Assembly: GCA_019057815.1 (NCBI GenBank)
Contig: JAHLWR010000002.1
Location: forward strand, 1 to 64,000
Length of the DNA stretch: 64,000 nt
Origin: Candidatus Heimdallarchaeota archaeon
GTDB taxonomy: Archaea; Asgardarchaeota; Heimdallarchaeia; Heimdallarchaeales; Heimdallarchaeaceae
Reading direction: 5' to 3'
Made by a program: the position numbers and the translations under genes. This document shows positions 49,446 to 61,634 of the stretch, one piece after another (the stretch's first letter is position 1; the number at the start of each line of letters is the position of its first letter). Under the pieces are notes generated by a model. That model had not been told where the DNA came from. It saw only the letters and a program-made list of their open reading frames with translations, and ran no database searches.

Positions 49446-50177
49446 ATGAAAAACGAAATAATTGTCTGTGAGTCTTTGACTAAAATTTTTACTATAGGTA
49501 ATAATAAACTATGTGCTGTTAACGATGTTTCATTCACTCTCACAGAAGGAGAGTTTGTTTCTATAATTGGTCCGTCAGGAAGTGGAAAAACTACACTTCT
49601 CAATTTAGTAGGCACTTTAGAAGTTCCAACAAGCGGAAAACTATTGATCAATGGAACTGATTTAGGAAGATTCACTGCTGCAGAATTATCGAATTTTAGA
49701 AGAAGAAACCTAGGTTTTATATTCCAGTTTTTCAATCTTGTAGACGGGTTAACATCATTTGAAAATATAGAATTACCGCTGATATTTGATTCAGTTCCTT
49801 TTGAAGAAAGGAAAAAAAGAGTTGATTCTTTACTTAAAGATTTTGAATTAAAATATTTAAGAGATAAGTTCCCTGAAGAAATAAGCTCCGGAGAGAGACA
49901 AAGAGTCGCCATAATGAGAGCTCTAATCAATGAACCTGCTTTACTCCTAGCTGATGAACCAACAGGTAATCTTGATACAACAACGGGACATGCGGTTTTA
50001 TCACTCCTAGAAGAACTGAATAAAGAGAGGGGAACATCAATATTGATGGTAACACATGATATATCTGCAGCTAAAAGAGCTTTAAGAACTTTGCACATGA
50101 TTGATGGAAAAATTGCCTATGATCAAAGGATAAGTAATGACATAGCAAAAATGAAACAAGAAGGAAAAGAAATCTAG
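49446..50177 (+). CDS. ABC transporter ATP-binding protein (LolD/MacB-like)
   Basis: GPSGSGKT, 'GFIFQFFNL', 'ISSGERQRVA', 'LADEPTGNLD'; no adjacent permease. Confidence 0.92.
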   Translation: MKNEIIVCESLTKIFTIGNNKLCAVNDVSFTLTEGEFVSIIGPSGSGKTTLLNLVGTLEVPTSGKLLINGTDLGRFTAAELSNFRRRNLGFIFQFFNLVDGLTSFENIELPLIFDSVPFEERKKRVDSLLKDFELKYLRDKFPEEISSGERQRVAIMRALINEPALLLADEPTGNLDTTTGHAVLSLLEELNKERGTSILMVTHDISAAKRALRTLHMIDGKIAYDQRISNDIAKMKQEGKEI

Positions 50178-50620
50178 AACTATTTTAAGAGGAATTCTCA
50201 CATAATGAATTATTAGCTTTATTGACAATAACTTGTTGATATCCTAGATAGTTTGAATAATAATTATAAGCTCTTTCACATCATATTTGTAGAGATTCGA
50301 GAAAAAAGGAGAAAGATAAGGAAAAAATGCAAAAACATGAATTAAGAATAATATTGCAAGATATATTATCAATTTATCTTAAAATCCGTTTAGCAAATAT
50401 ACAGAAGGAAACTAAATAAAGTAATTTTTGAAAGGAAATCAGTAATGCTTTTGGAAAAAATAATATCCTAATTGTCACTACATATAGGTTAAAATTGTTA
50501 AATATTTAGACACGAACTGAAGGGAACGCTTATAAATGCATATAAGGAAATTTGTATAAGTAAGAGAAAAACTTATTCTTCAGTAAACTTTACTGGAAGA
50601 AAATAAGGAGTATCTGAAAT

Positions 50621-51628
50621 ATGTCTTTAAAAGGTTTCATATTAAGAAGAACCATATATATTGTTCCAGTGATGATTGGCATCACTCTTATGAACTTCAC
50701 ACTTATTAATGTCGCACCTGGTGATCCTGTTCTTGTAAGATTGGGTTTGATTAAATGTGAAAATCCCGATTGTTATAATGCTGCATACAATAAAGAAGCT
50801 ATAGAAATGGGATTGCTCGACAATGACTTCTACACTATTCCTTGGTTATCAAGGTATGTTGATTTCCTTTCTGGCATCGCTAATTTTGACCTAGGAAGAT
50901 CTTGGTACTATACGCAAGCTGGTGAAGGTATACCAATAAGCCAGATAATCAAGGAAAAAGCTCCATATACTATCACACTCAACGTCCTATCATTTGTACT
51001 ATCACTGCTACTCGCGGGAGCCATTGGTGTTGTGTCAGCTACTCGTCAAAACTCTTTTTGGGATCGATCATTAACAATAGCTATGCTACTAGGATATTCA
51101 ATGCCACTATTTTGGCTAGCGAAATTAATAATGCTCGTTTCATTCTACTTGTTTGATTTTACGGGAGTAGCAAATAAGAACGCTTTTAGGAAACCCTTAT
51201 TCCTGAATCCGGAGTACTATAAATTCCTAATATTGCCAACACTAGCACTAACACTAGGAGGGCTGGTATTTATGGCAAGACTTGTTCGTTCACAACTACT
51301 GGAAATCTTAAGGCAAGATTATATTACAACAGCAAAAGCAAAAGGATTAGATAATCGAGCTGTTATATACAAACACGCTTTCCGAAATGGGTTACTTCCA
51401 ATTGTAACAATAATTGGAAGCTCTCTGCCAGGTCTACTAGCTGGATCAGTAATGGTTGAATCGGTTTTTGGATGGCCAGGATTAGGAACAGTGTTCTTAG
51501 AAGCAGCTTTATTCAGAGATTTCCCTCTGTTGATGGCGATTAACACAATCTTTCCACTAATGTTCTTGATAGCACGGTTACTGACGGATATAACGTATGT
51601 GTTTATAGATCCGAGGATTAAATACTAG
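50621..51628 (+). CDS. oppB: Oligopeptide/dipeptide ABC permease
   Basis: 'APGDP', 'DLGRS', 'DYITTAKAKGL', 'ESVFGWPGLG', 'DPRI'. Confidence 0.92.
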   Translation: MSLKGFILRRTIYIVPVMIGITLMNFTLINVAPGDPVLVRLGLIKCENPDCYNAAYNKEAIEMGLLDNDFYTIPWLSRYVDFLSGIANFDLGRSWYYTQAGEGIPISQIIKEKAPYTITLNVLSFVLSLLLAGAIGVVSATRQNSFWDRSLTIAMLLGYSMPLFWLAKLIMLVSFYLFDFTGVANKNAFRKPLFLNPEYYKFLILPTLALTLGGLVFMARLVRSQLLEILRQDYITTAKAKGLDNRAVIYKHAFRNGLLPIVTIIGSSLPGLLAGSVMVESVFGWPGLGTVFLEAALFRDFPLLMAINTIFPLMFLIARLLTDITYVFIDPRIKY

Positions 51629-51639
51629 GAAGTCTTGAA

Positions 51640-52707
51640 ATGGCAACAGTCGAAAAAGATCAGATTGAATTAGATGGAGAACTAATAGATGAAGCGACTC
51701 TCAAAGAAATAGACGCAATGAAGGGAGCTGGACAATGGAGCATCGTTTGGCGTAGGTTAAAGAAAGATAAAATGGGTATGTTTGGACTCTATATTGTTAT
51801 CTTTTTGATATTAATGGCAATCACCTCTTGGTTACTTTTAATGTACGATAATTGGTTAACCAACGCTGAATTGATTTTTGGTAATCCAGAGAATCCCTTA
51901 AGTCTTAACAATCTTTACGTGGAACTCTGGTTCCCGGGAATGGAAAAGACTAGTCCTCTAGTTCTCTTTAATCATCCAGAGTACAGTTTCTCAGATCAAG
52001 TGAAATTACCTCCCTCAATCACACATCCCTTCGGAACTGATGGGATAGGCCAAGATTTGTTTTCAAGAATGTTTTTTGGCTCAACTGTCTCACTAGCACT
52101 TGGCTTTATTGGTCAAATGATGACAGTAGTCATTGGCACAGTTTTAGGTTCCTTAGCAGGATACTATGGTGGATTGATTGATGATATCGTCCAAAGAGCT
52201 GTTGAATTACTATACTCTATGCCGGGTTTTATTCTAATAATCTTCATAATAGTACTTTTCGAAGACGTGAATATCCCAGGAGGGCGGTATGCTGTAGTAG
52301 TTATATTCTTATCACTCATTTCATGGGGTGGTGTAGCTCTAATTGTACGTTCAAACTTCTTCTCATTAAAACAACAAGATTTCGTAGAAGCAGAAAAAGC
52401 ACTGGGTGCGTCAGATATGCGGATTATCTTCAAGCATATCTTGCCGAATTCACTAGCACCGCTAATCATCATTATTACACTAGGTATAGCTGGAACAATA
52501 TTCCTCTTTGCAGCACTAGCCTTTTACGGCTTTGGTGACCCAAATGCTGTATCGTGGGGTGATGACCTTAACAAGTGGCAAAACTCACTTGTCGAGTATC
52601 CTTGGATGCCAATGTTCCCAGCGATGATGATATTCTTTACGGTTTTAGGTTTTAACATACTTGGTGATGCATTAAGAGATGCCTTAGATCCTCGTTTGAA
52701 GGATTAA
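51640..52707 (+). CDS. oppC: Oligopeptide/dipeptide ABC permease
   Basis: 'HPFGTD..GQD.FSR', 'FVEA.KALGAS..RIIFKHILPN', 'GDALRDALDP'. Confidence 0.92.
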   Translation: MATVEKDQIELDGELIDEATLKEIDAMKGAGQWSIVWRRLKKDKMGMFGLYIVIFLILMAITSWLLLMYDNWLTNAELIFGNPENPLSLNNLYVELWFPGMEKTSPLVLFNHPEYSFSDQVKLPPSITHPFGTDGIGQDLFSRMFFGSTVSLALGFIGQMMTVVIGTVLGSLAGYYGGLIDDIVQRAVELLYSMPGFILIIFIIVLFEDVNIPGGRYAVVVIFLSLISWGGVALIVRSNFFSLKQQDFVEAEKALGASDMRIIFKHILPNSLAPLIIIITLGIAGTIFLFAALAFYGFGDPNAVSWGDDLNKWQNSLVEYPWMPMFPAMMIFFTVLGFNILGDALRDALDPRLKD

Positions 52708-53062
52708 AAAAATCTCCCTCTTTTTTTTATTTTATTTTTAGTTAAATATTTAAGTTGCTTTTTGATTAATTTATTAGACAAAAGATATGTAGCCTTTATG
52801 CATAATTGTTTTACCTCGTACTAACAAGTTATAGTATACTATTGACAACTTGCACAGAATGATTTAGTAAATGAAATAAAAGGATATTACAAGAAACTAA
52901 ATTTTTTTTCTAAATGGGAAGAAAGTAGTGTAAATAATTTGAGTTGAGATTAAATAACTAACAAGAGTCAACAGTTACATTTATAATGGTTTAGACTTTC
53001 TTCCTATCAAAGCATGCTAATTTATAGCTTTAACAGCTTATAAGATATCTCAAAGTGATTTT

Positions 53063-54121
53063 ATGAGTAGACCGCAAGAAGATATATTACTAGAAGTTAA
53101 AGGCTTAAGGACATACTTTTTTACAGAAGAAGGTGTCGTTAAAGCTATTGAATCTATAGACTTCGTGGTTTATAAATCAGAGACCCTTGGTCTTGTAGGA
53201 GAATCAGGATCAGGTAAAAGTGTTTCAGCACTTTCAATATTAGGAATAGTTCCAGACCCTCCTGGTAAAGTATTAAGGGGGGAAGTTGTTTTCCATGGTC
53301 AAGATCTTCGTAAACTTTCCAGTTCAGAAATGCGTAAGATTCGTGGTAATCAAATTGCTATGATTTTCCAAGACCCTATGACAAGTCTTAATCCTGTTTT
53401 CACTGTTGGTAATCAGATTGCTGAAGCGATTATACTTCATCAGAAAGTCAATAAGAAGGAAGCGCGTGAAAAATCCATCAAAATTATGTCCCTTGTCGGT
53501 ATTCCTTCAGCGGATGAACGTGTTGATAATTATCCTTTTGAATTCTCAGGAGGTATGAGACAACGTGTTATGATTGCTATGGCTTTATGTTGTAATCCTG
53601 AGCTTCTTATAGCCGATGAACCTACAACTTCCCTTGATGTTACCATTCAAGCTCAGATTCTTGAGCTACTTAAGGCTACCAGTGAAGAATTCGATATGAG
53701 TATTATTCTTATTACTCACGATATGGGTGTTATCGCCGAGATGTGTGACCGTGTAGCTGTAATGTACGCTGGTTACATTGCAGAAGTTGGAGACATTATG
53801 ACAATTTTTCGTAACCCTTTTCATCCGTATACTAGAGGTTTACTTGGTGCTATACCGCGTCCCGATGCCAATCGTGAAGATCTCACTATTATTCGGGGAG
53901 CCATTCCGAATTTGATTAATCCTCCGTCTGGGTGTCGTTTCCATCCTCGTTGTGATTATTGGATGCAAGGTCTTTGTGAAAATGAAGTTCCTGTTCTTTT
54001 GGAACTAGAGCCTGGTCATATAATTATGTGCCATTTATACACAGAAGAAGGTAAAGCCTTCCTCGCTCAACGCAAGATTGACCCTGAGACATATATGAAA
54101 CAAGTATTAGCAGCTCAATAG
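53063..54121 (+). CDS. oppD: Oligopeptide/dipeptide ABC ATPase
   Basis: GESGSGKS, '[10 protein letters not shown]', 'SGGMRQR', 'GCRFHPRC'. Confidence 0.94.
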   Translation: MSRPQEDILLEVKGLRTYFFTEEGVVKAIESIDFVVYKSETLGLVGESGSGKSVSALSILGIVPDPPGKVLRGEVVFHGQDLRKLSSSEMRKIRGNQIAMIFQDPMTSLNPVFTVGNQIAEAIILHQKVNKKEAREKSIKIMSLVGIPSADERVDNYPFEFSGGMRQRVMIAMALCCNPELLIADEPTTSLDVTIQAQILELLKATSEEFDMSIILITHDMGVIAEMCDRVAVMYAGYIAEVGDIMTIFRNPFHPYTRGLLGAIPRPDANREDLTIIRGAIPNLINPPSGCRFHPRCDYWMQGLCENEVPVLLELEPGHIIMCHLYTEEGKAFLAQRKIDPETYMKQVLAAQ

Positions 54122-54134
54122 AAAGGTGAAGAAT

Positions 54135-55355
54135 ATGAGTTCAGATACATCATTAAAAGATAAAATACTCGCTCGAGCTGGAAAAGGTATCCTTGGTTCT
54201 TCTCGACTTCGTATGAAAGAGATGGAAGAAGATGTTGTTTTAGAGATTGTTAACCTTCGTAAATTCTTTGAAATCCCCATTCCTTTTGAGACCACTTGGT
54301 TTTTAATAGCTTTCATTGCATCCTTAGTTGTTTTTGCATTCCAAACTATGGTAGGTCTCATTTTGATGGGTGCAGTTATTGTAGCTTACTTTGGACTACC
54401 GTACATACCACCTTTCAATAAACGTCCGAAAATAGCATACTTAAAGGCTGTAGATGGTATTGCCATAAAAATCAAAAGAGGTAAAATTATTGGTCTTGTT
54501 GGAGAATCTGGTTGTGGGAAAAGCACCGCAGCTAAAACAATTATCCGTTTACTGGAGCCTACATCAGGAGCTGTTTATTTCCAAGGTATCGATATAAATA
54601 GGCTCACGAGCGAAGAAATGAAAGAAGTTAGAAGGCACATGCAAATAGTCTTTCAAGATCCTTATGCATCTCTAAATCCACGAGCTACGGCTCATGACAT
54701 AATCGCAGAACCATTTGATATTCATGGTATTGCGTCAGGTGATGAAGCTAGTTTCCGTGTTCTTAAATTAATAAAAGATGTTGGTTTAGCTCCTCATCAT
54801 GCTTATAGATATCCGCACGAATTTTCAGGAGGACAAAGACAAAGGTTGGGTATCGCAAGAGCTCTTGCTCTCGAACCAGATTTCATTGTAATGGATGAAC
54901 CTGTAAGTAACCTAGACGTTTCTGTTAGGGCTGCAATAATCCAGTTAATTCTTGACTTACAAAAGAAGATGGGGTTGACTTATCTATTTATTGCTCACGA
55001 TTTATCACTTGTTAAAATCCTATGTGACGAGGTTTATGTAATGTATCTTGGTAAGATTATGGAGGCAGGTACAAGTGATGACGTCTTCGAAGATATGAAA
55101 CACCCATACACTAAAGCACTTATATCAGCTGTCCCTGTTGCAGATCCAACAAAAAGATCAAAGAAAATCTTCTTACAAGGAGAAATACCAACACCTATAA
55201 ATCCTCCACCAGGATGCAAATTCCAAACAAGATGTCCACTTGTTTCTGACATCTGCAGAGTAGACGAATCACCTGAAAAATGGTATAGTAAAACTCATGT
55301 ATGTTTTTGCCACAATGTTGAAGGTGGAGAAGACAGTTCAGAAGCATTCTATTAG
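54135..55355 (+). CDS. oppF: Oligopeptide/dipeptide ABC ATPase with N-terminal hydrophobic insertion
   Basis: GESGCGKS, 'FQDPYASLNPR', 'YPHEFSGGQRQR', 'GCKFQTRC'. Confidence 0.92.
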   Translation: MSSDTSLKDKILARAGKGILGSSRLRMKEMEEDVVLEIVNLRKFFEIPIPFETTWFLIAFIASLVVFAFQTMVGLILMGAVIVAYFGLPYIPPFNKRPKIAYLKAVDGIAIKIKRGKIIGLVGESGCGKSTAAKTIIRLLEPTSGAVYFQGIDINRLTSEEMKEVRRHMQIVFQDPYASLNPRATAHDIIAEPFDIHGIASGDEASFRVLKLIKDVGLAPHHAYRYPHEFSGGQRQRLGIARALALEPDFIVMDEPVSNLDVSVRAAIIQLILDLQKKMGLTYLFIAHDLSLVKILCDEVYVMYLGKIMEAGTSDDVFEDMKHPYTKALISAVPVADPTKRSKKIFLQGEIPTPINPPPGCKFQTRCPLVSDICRVDESPEKWYSKTHVCFCHNVEGGEDSSEAFY

Positions 55356-55361
55356 AAATAG

Positions 55362-55405
55362 TAGTCCCGCCTTAAAAGTGCGGTACTAAAAATTTTTTTC
55401 TTTTT
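55362..55405 (+). terminator. Hairpin plus T-tract after oppF
   Basis: TAGT-CCGC...GCGG-ACTA stem followed by a T run. Confidence 0.5.
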
Positions 55406-55494
55406 CATATTTTGTTGCAGAACTGTGACAAGATTTATTTAGTTATTTCATAATATTTAACTGTTTCAATATATCAATTTGAGGAGAAGAAAGT

Positions 55495-56247
55495 ATGAGT
55501 AAAGTTAATCTTGAATCGGCCCAAAATGGCACAGAACGTTTACAAAACGAACTTAAGGAATTGCTTCAATTTACTACCAGTCAGAATGAGGAACTTTTAA
55601 AGCACTTAACAGATCTTAAGTATAATTTAACTGAAAAATCTAGAAAAACAGAGCAATTATCAGAAAGCATAGCTACTGAAGAGACTAAAAAAAGGGTCCG
55701 TGCAACTGAACTGGAAGAGTTGAATACTGAACTCCAAAAATTAAATCACCATAAAGATGTTCTACTTTCTGAGATATCCAGCCAACAGAAAGATATTGAA
55801 CAGCTTTCATTTATTATTCTTGAAAAAGAAAAATCTAAAACGGAAGTAAGTATTTCAGTAGATTCCTTGACTCAACGCATTGCTGAGCAGAATAGGAAAA
55901 TGGAGGAACATGAAGTTCTCATCGACGCAATTAATGAGGAGTATAAAGAAGATTCCCTCAAAAAAGACACTATTTATGCACAAATAACTAGTCAATACAA
56001 TAGCATGATGTCTAAATCTAAAGCATTAAAATTTCTAGTTAAGAAAGATATCGTTATCCTTCCTGAAATTAAAGTAATACGCAGCTTAAAAGTTCCAGGT
56101 ATGGATTCTGAACAAAACATTCGTAAAACTTCCGGTGTTTCTGACCAAATTATTAGAAACATTCTACTAGACTTAGATAAAAGAGAGATTATCTCTTTTG
56201 ATCCTTTATCAGGAAAAGTTCAAATTTTAGACGAAATTGACATTTAG
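55495..56247 (+). CDS. Long coiled-coil protein with C-terminal winged-helix-like domain
   Basis: ~180-aa heptads then 'PEIKVIRSL...IRNILLDLDKREII'. Confidence 0.75.
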   Translation: MSKVNLESAQNGTERLQNELKELLQFTTSQNEELLKHLTDLKYNLTEKSRKTEQLSESIATEETKKRVRATELEELNTELQKLNHHKDVLLSEISSQQKDIEQLSFIILEKEKSKTEVSISVDSLTQRIAEQNRKMEEHEVLIDAINEEYKEDSLKKDTIYAQITSQYNSMMSKSKALKFLVKKDIVILPEIKVIRSLKVPGMDSEQNIRKTSGVSDQIIRNILLDLDKREIISFDPLSGKVQILDEIDI

Positions 56248-56260
56248 GAGGTATATAGAA

Positions 56261-57013
56261 GTGGCAATCGAAGAAAAAATATTAGAAAATCTTTCAAGTT
56301 TAAGGAAAAACATAGGCGAACTAAATTCCCGTTTTAAAGATAAAATAGAGAGTCTAAATAATATAATTGAAACAGCGTTTGAAGATGCAAGGTTAATCCC
56401 TCAATTCATCGAATCTCTAGAAACGACATTAAAAGGGATAAATCAAGAAATTTCTGTGATCACTGAAAATTTAAGCAATAGTAAAGATACTATTCAAAGT
56501 GTTAAAACAGAAATTGAAATTCAAGAATCCACGAAAAATGATTTAATTGTTAAAGAAGAGCAAAACCGAGAGACTGTCAACTCTTTAGATTCAGAGATAA
56601 CAGAATTCAAACAAAGAAATGAACAGTTACAACTAGAATATGACACTGTAAAACAGCAAGCTCAGCAAAGAAAAGAAGAGTACCACAACCTTCAGATAGA
56701 TGTCAAGGGAGAATTGTCAAAAATCGAAACAAAAATCAAGGAAGCAGAAGAGAAACTAAAAGTAGCCAAAGAAGAGAACAAACTAATAGTCTATTTAATG
56801 GAAGCAGGACTTTTAGATGTACCAGAAGCCGAACTAGTAGCAATGATTGCAGCTCATCCTGAAGGCATGAAAATAGAAGAAATTAAAGGAAAGGTGAAGA
56901 TACCTCCAGTTAGAGTGCAACCAATACTCAATAATCTGCTGGAGAAGATATTAGTCTACAATGAACACCAAGAATCATACACTATTAAAGAAGATATTAA
57001 AGATGAACTTTAA
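56261..57013 (+). CDS. Long coiled-coil protein with C-terminal winged-helix-like domain (same architecture as previous gene)
   Basis: AGGAGGT before GTG 56261; heptads then 'PEAELVAMIAAHPEGMKIEEIK...VQPILNNL'. Confidence 0.75.
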   Translation: MAIEEKILENLSSLRKNIGELNSRFKDKIESLNNIIETAFEDARLIPQFIESLETTLKGINQEISVITENLSNSKDTIQSVKTEIEIQESTKNDLIVKEEQNRETVNSLDSEITEFKQRNEQLQLEYDTVKQQAQQRKEEYHNLQIDVKGELSKIETKIKEAEEKLKVAKEENKLIVYLMEAGLLDVPEAELVAMIAAHPEGMKIEEIKGKVKIPPVRVQPILNNLLEKILVYNEHQESYTIKEDIKDEL

Positions 57014-57156
57014 TTTCAATTTTTCCAAAACTTTTTCTTTTTTACGTAATATCTTGTTTTGTTATTGGGAAATTGGAATGTGAGAAATCATCTATGTAAT
57101 ACTGTAATCTTTTTAAAGTAAGTAAAACTTCAGAAATCAACCTTTGTTTCATATAA

Positions 57157-58518
<1,362 letters not shown>

Positions 58519-58534
58519 GAATAATGGATGATTA

Positions 58535-58551
58535 GACGGAAACTTTCCGTC
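58535..58551. terminator. Inverted repeat between convergent gdhA and PEP-synthase-like genes
   Basis: GACGGAAA-C-TTTCCGTC. Confidence 0.55.
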
Positions 58552-58556
58552 AACTT

Positions 58557-61538
58557 TTATTCTTCTTTACTCCTTTTTTTCGGTTTTATTATCATTCCTT
58601 CTCCTTTTTGTGCATCAATTCTAATTATAAATGGGTTTTTGATTCTAATATGACGAACATACTCCAAATCAGTAATAACTTTCTGCTGGTCAATCCATTT
58701 CCAGTCAATAAAATGGCGATTTGATTCATGTTTAATATGTAAATAGCCAATATTGGAATTTACAATGTTTGTAAAGAAATGGCTCCCTTGTGAGAAGTCA
58801 ACATTAAAATCTTTCAAGTTTGCTTCTATCATAGCTCCGACTCCACTGATATGTTGCCATTTCACTGGGATACCTAGAAAACGGTCAGCAGTACCCCAAC
58901 GTCCAAAACCTATTAAAATGTAAGGTCTTTTTTCTTCTAATAATTTTGCGTTAAGTTTACTGATTTCCCCCACCATTTCTAGAGTTTTTGTTCTATTGAA
59001 ATTCTTTGGTTTTACAAAAACTATATCACGTATATCTTTTCTAAGAAGATTACCAGATACATTTGAAGAATAAGCCAAAATTTGATTTATATTTATTGCT
59101 TCAAGATCCACAGAATGTAAAGCCTCTTGTTGTAAAAATGGTCGAATTTGTAAAAAGTAAAATATATCTTTATCTTTAGAGCTCTTTTTGAAATCCGCTG
59201 CAAATTCAATCTCTATTGAACAACCCATTACACTTTCTCCAACTGAAAGTACTTTAGAGACCAATTCAGCCAGCCTAAAGTCTTTATATTTCAGTTGTTG
59301 GTTAAATGTTATAACTGGAGAACCTTCACCGTAAAAACCACTTTGAAGACTTTGAGAAGTAAAATCGTAAGTGTCCGCAATTTTTGTTAGTGTATTGTCC
59401 TGAATTGCATCACTTAAGTTGAGTTCTATTACAAAAGGGTCATCAAGCAGAATGTCAAACTCTTTTTCCACTAGATCAATTGCATAGAATTTTGATTGAC
59501 TATGTTCTAGGAGCAAATCAGGAGTGGAGTAAAAGTTGAGTTTTGGATATCTGGGACAGAATCTAACTGATGACCCTCCTTCTACGATCATTTTACCTAG
59601 ACCTAACGCTACTTGTGAGATTCTGTCTTCGGGTTTCATATAATCTCCAAAGGGATAATAATTGTAAGAGGATGCTGTTCCTGAAAAATCAGGATAAAAT
59701 CTGTTATTATGCTCATTTCCAACAACGTTTTGGATAACTACAGCCATTTTAGATTCTTCTACAGTTTGATTAATTGCTTCAGAATAAGACCGAGCTAGTT
59801 CTAGAAAAGGTGAGGCATATACAAGTTTTATTGCTGTGTATAATCGCTCTAAGCGCGTTTCTATTTCAGTATCATTATTAGGGATCATATATGTATTGAA
59901 GATTCCTGCAAAAGGTTGATAAGCCGAATCTTCTAAAAGGCTTGAAGAGCGAACAGCTAGCGGAATGTTCATATCTTTTAGGAGGAAACGTAAATCATTA
60001 CGAAGACTCTCAGATAACTTGGCTTTTACAAACTTCTTTTTGATATCATCATCTGAAATTCTCGAAAGAGCAAAATCATAAAGGTTATTATCTTCCATGA
60101 ATCTATCAAATTCATCGGTTCCAATTACAATTGTTTTTGGAATATCTATTATTATATTTTTAAATTCATCTCCAATTAAGAACGAATTTAGAAGAAACAT
60201 GAGAAAAGCTAAACCTCTACCTTTACCTCCTAGTGAGCCAGGCCTTAGCCTAAGAAATAGAATCTCTGGATGGTAGTTCTCACGAGAGAAATCATTAACA
60301 ATCCCTCTTGTTTTTTCAACAACTATTTCTTTAACTGTATCAAGTAAAAACTGTCTTAATTCTTCTGCAGAAAATTCTGAAACTTTTCTTGGTTTCAATT
60401 TGTGAGCTGTTTCAAATTCCCCTCTTGCATTAAGCCAATTAGAAAAATGATCATTTGTTCCATGATAAACTAGTGTTTCAGCGGGAACTTCACTGAGTTG
60501 ATTGTAAAAATCTATTACATCCTTGACTTTTACAATGGTTTTACCTTTACTAGTTTGAAAAACAAAATCACCGAAACCCACGCGATTAAGAAGCCATTTT
60601 TGAAATTCCCACATCATTCCATGACTTCGTTTGTGAATAAACCAACAACCAAGTTTTTTAGCTTTATCTCTATATTTTTCTTTACTGGATTGAAGAACTA
60701 TTGGTAGGTTAGTTGTTTCTTTCTTTAGTTTCTCAACGAATGCAAATCCAGCATTTTTATCAAGTATTCCATCTTTTGGGAATTCAATATCAGAAACTAT
60801 ACCAAGAACATTATCTTTGTACTTTTCATAGTACATTATTGCTTCCTCATAAGTCTCAGCTAAGAGAATTTTAGGTCGGATTCTCATCTTAAGTAAATCT
60901 TGAAAATCATTTGTTCCTTCAGTGGTTAATCGGTGGGTTTGACGCATTAACTCACCATAGAGTTCAGGTAGGAGAAGAGAGTAAAAACGGATAGAATCAT
61001 CAATAAAAATAAAAACTCTAACATGTCCATGTTTAGTGTCATAATCAGCATTAAACTTATCTTCTAAATGCTTAATTATAGCCACGAAAATTTTGGAATC
61101 CCCATTCCAGACAAATATTCTATCTATACCTTCTCTTTTTTCATAATCTGGTAAGTATTTAATCTCTACAACACTTGTTAGGAGAAGAATAACGGGAATA
61201 TCATGGATTTCTTTTACGTTTTTTCCAAAAGAGAAAGCATCCATATCTCCAAGTCTCCTCATTGTAATTACTAAGTCGAATTTCTTTTCCTGTATCATTT
61301 CAAGTGCCATAGCTGCAGAAGATACTCGAGTTATACGAGGAAGAGTCCTGAGATTTAAGGTCTTAAATTCTTCATATATTTGATCAGAAAGACGACCATC
61401 TTCCTCAATCAAGAAGGAATCATAAATACTACTAACAAGAAGAACATTACTCATTCTTATAGCCATTAATTCATGAAAAATTTTGTGTTTCGGTTTGTAC
61501 TCAAGATAGAACTTTTCATCATCTTTTGTGGTAGCCAA
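58557..61538 (-). CDS. PEP/pyruvate-binding (PPDK_N) domain protein with receiver-like N-terminal domains
   Basis: 'GSLGGKGRGL', 'AVRSSSLLED', 'LQIRP', 'GRWG', 'SQGSHFF'; GAGGAGG before TTG. Confidence 0.85.
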   Translation of the reverse strand: MATTKDDEKFYLEYKPKHKIFHELMAIRMSNVLLVSSIYDSFLIEEDGRLSDQIYEEFKTLNLRTLPRITRVSSAAMALEMIQEKKFDLVITMRRLGDMDAFSFGKNVKEIHDIPVILLLTSVVEIKYLPDYEKREGIDRIFVWNGDSKIFVAIIKHLEDKFNADYDTKHGHVRVFIFIDDSIRFYSLLLPELYGELMRQTHRLTTEGTNDFQDLLKMRIRPKILLAETYEEAIMYYEKYKDNVLGIVSDIEFPKDGILDKNAGFAFVEKLKKETTNLPIVLQSSKEKYRDKAKKLGCWFIHKRSHGMMWEFQKWLLNRVGFGDFVFQTSKGKTIVKVKDVIDFYNQLSEVPAETLVYHGTNDHFSNWLNARGEFETAHKLKPRKVSEFSAEELRQFLLDTVKEIVVEKTRGIVNDFSRENYHPEILFLRLRPGSLGGKGRGLAFLMFLLNSFLIGDEFKNIIIDIPKTIVIGTDEFDRFMEDNNLYDFALSRISDDDIKKKFVKAKLSESLRNDLRFLLKDMNIPLAVRSSSLLEDSAYQPFAGIFNTYMIPNNDTEIETRLERLYTAIKLVYASPFLELARSYSEAINQTVEESKMAVVIQNVVGNEHNNRFYPDFSGTASSYNYYPFGDYMKPEDRISQVALGLGKMIVEGGSSVRFCPRYPKLNFYSTPDLLLEHSQSKFYAIDLVEKEFDILLDDPFVIELNLSDAIQDNTLTKIADTYDFTSQSLQSGFYGEGSPVITFNQQLKYKDFRLAELVSKVLSVGESVMGCSIEIEFAADFKKSSKDKDIFYFLQIRPFLQQEALHSVDLEAININQILAYSSNVSGNLLRKDIRDIVFVKPKNFNRTKTLEMVGEISKLNAKLLEEKRPYILIGFGRWGTADRFLGIPVKWQHISGVGAMIEANLKDFNVDFSQGSHFFTNIVNSNIGYLHIKHESNRHFIDWKWIDQQKVITDLEYVRHIRIKNPFIIRIDAQKGEGMIIKPKKRSKEE

Positions 61539-61634
61539 CTTGTTTCCTCCTCAACATATAGAACAATATGTTAGACTAATATAAGTCTTTTATTTCATAA
61601 ATAATAAAAAACAGAAAAAGGAAAATAAGTTCCT

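Noticed and set aside
49427-50098. 223-aa minus-strand ORF
   Set aside because: Antisense shadow of the ABC ATPase.
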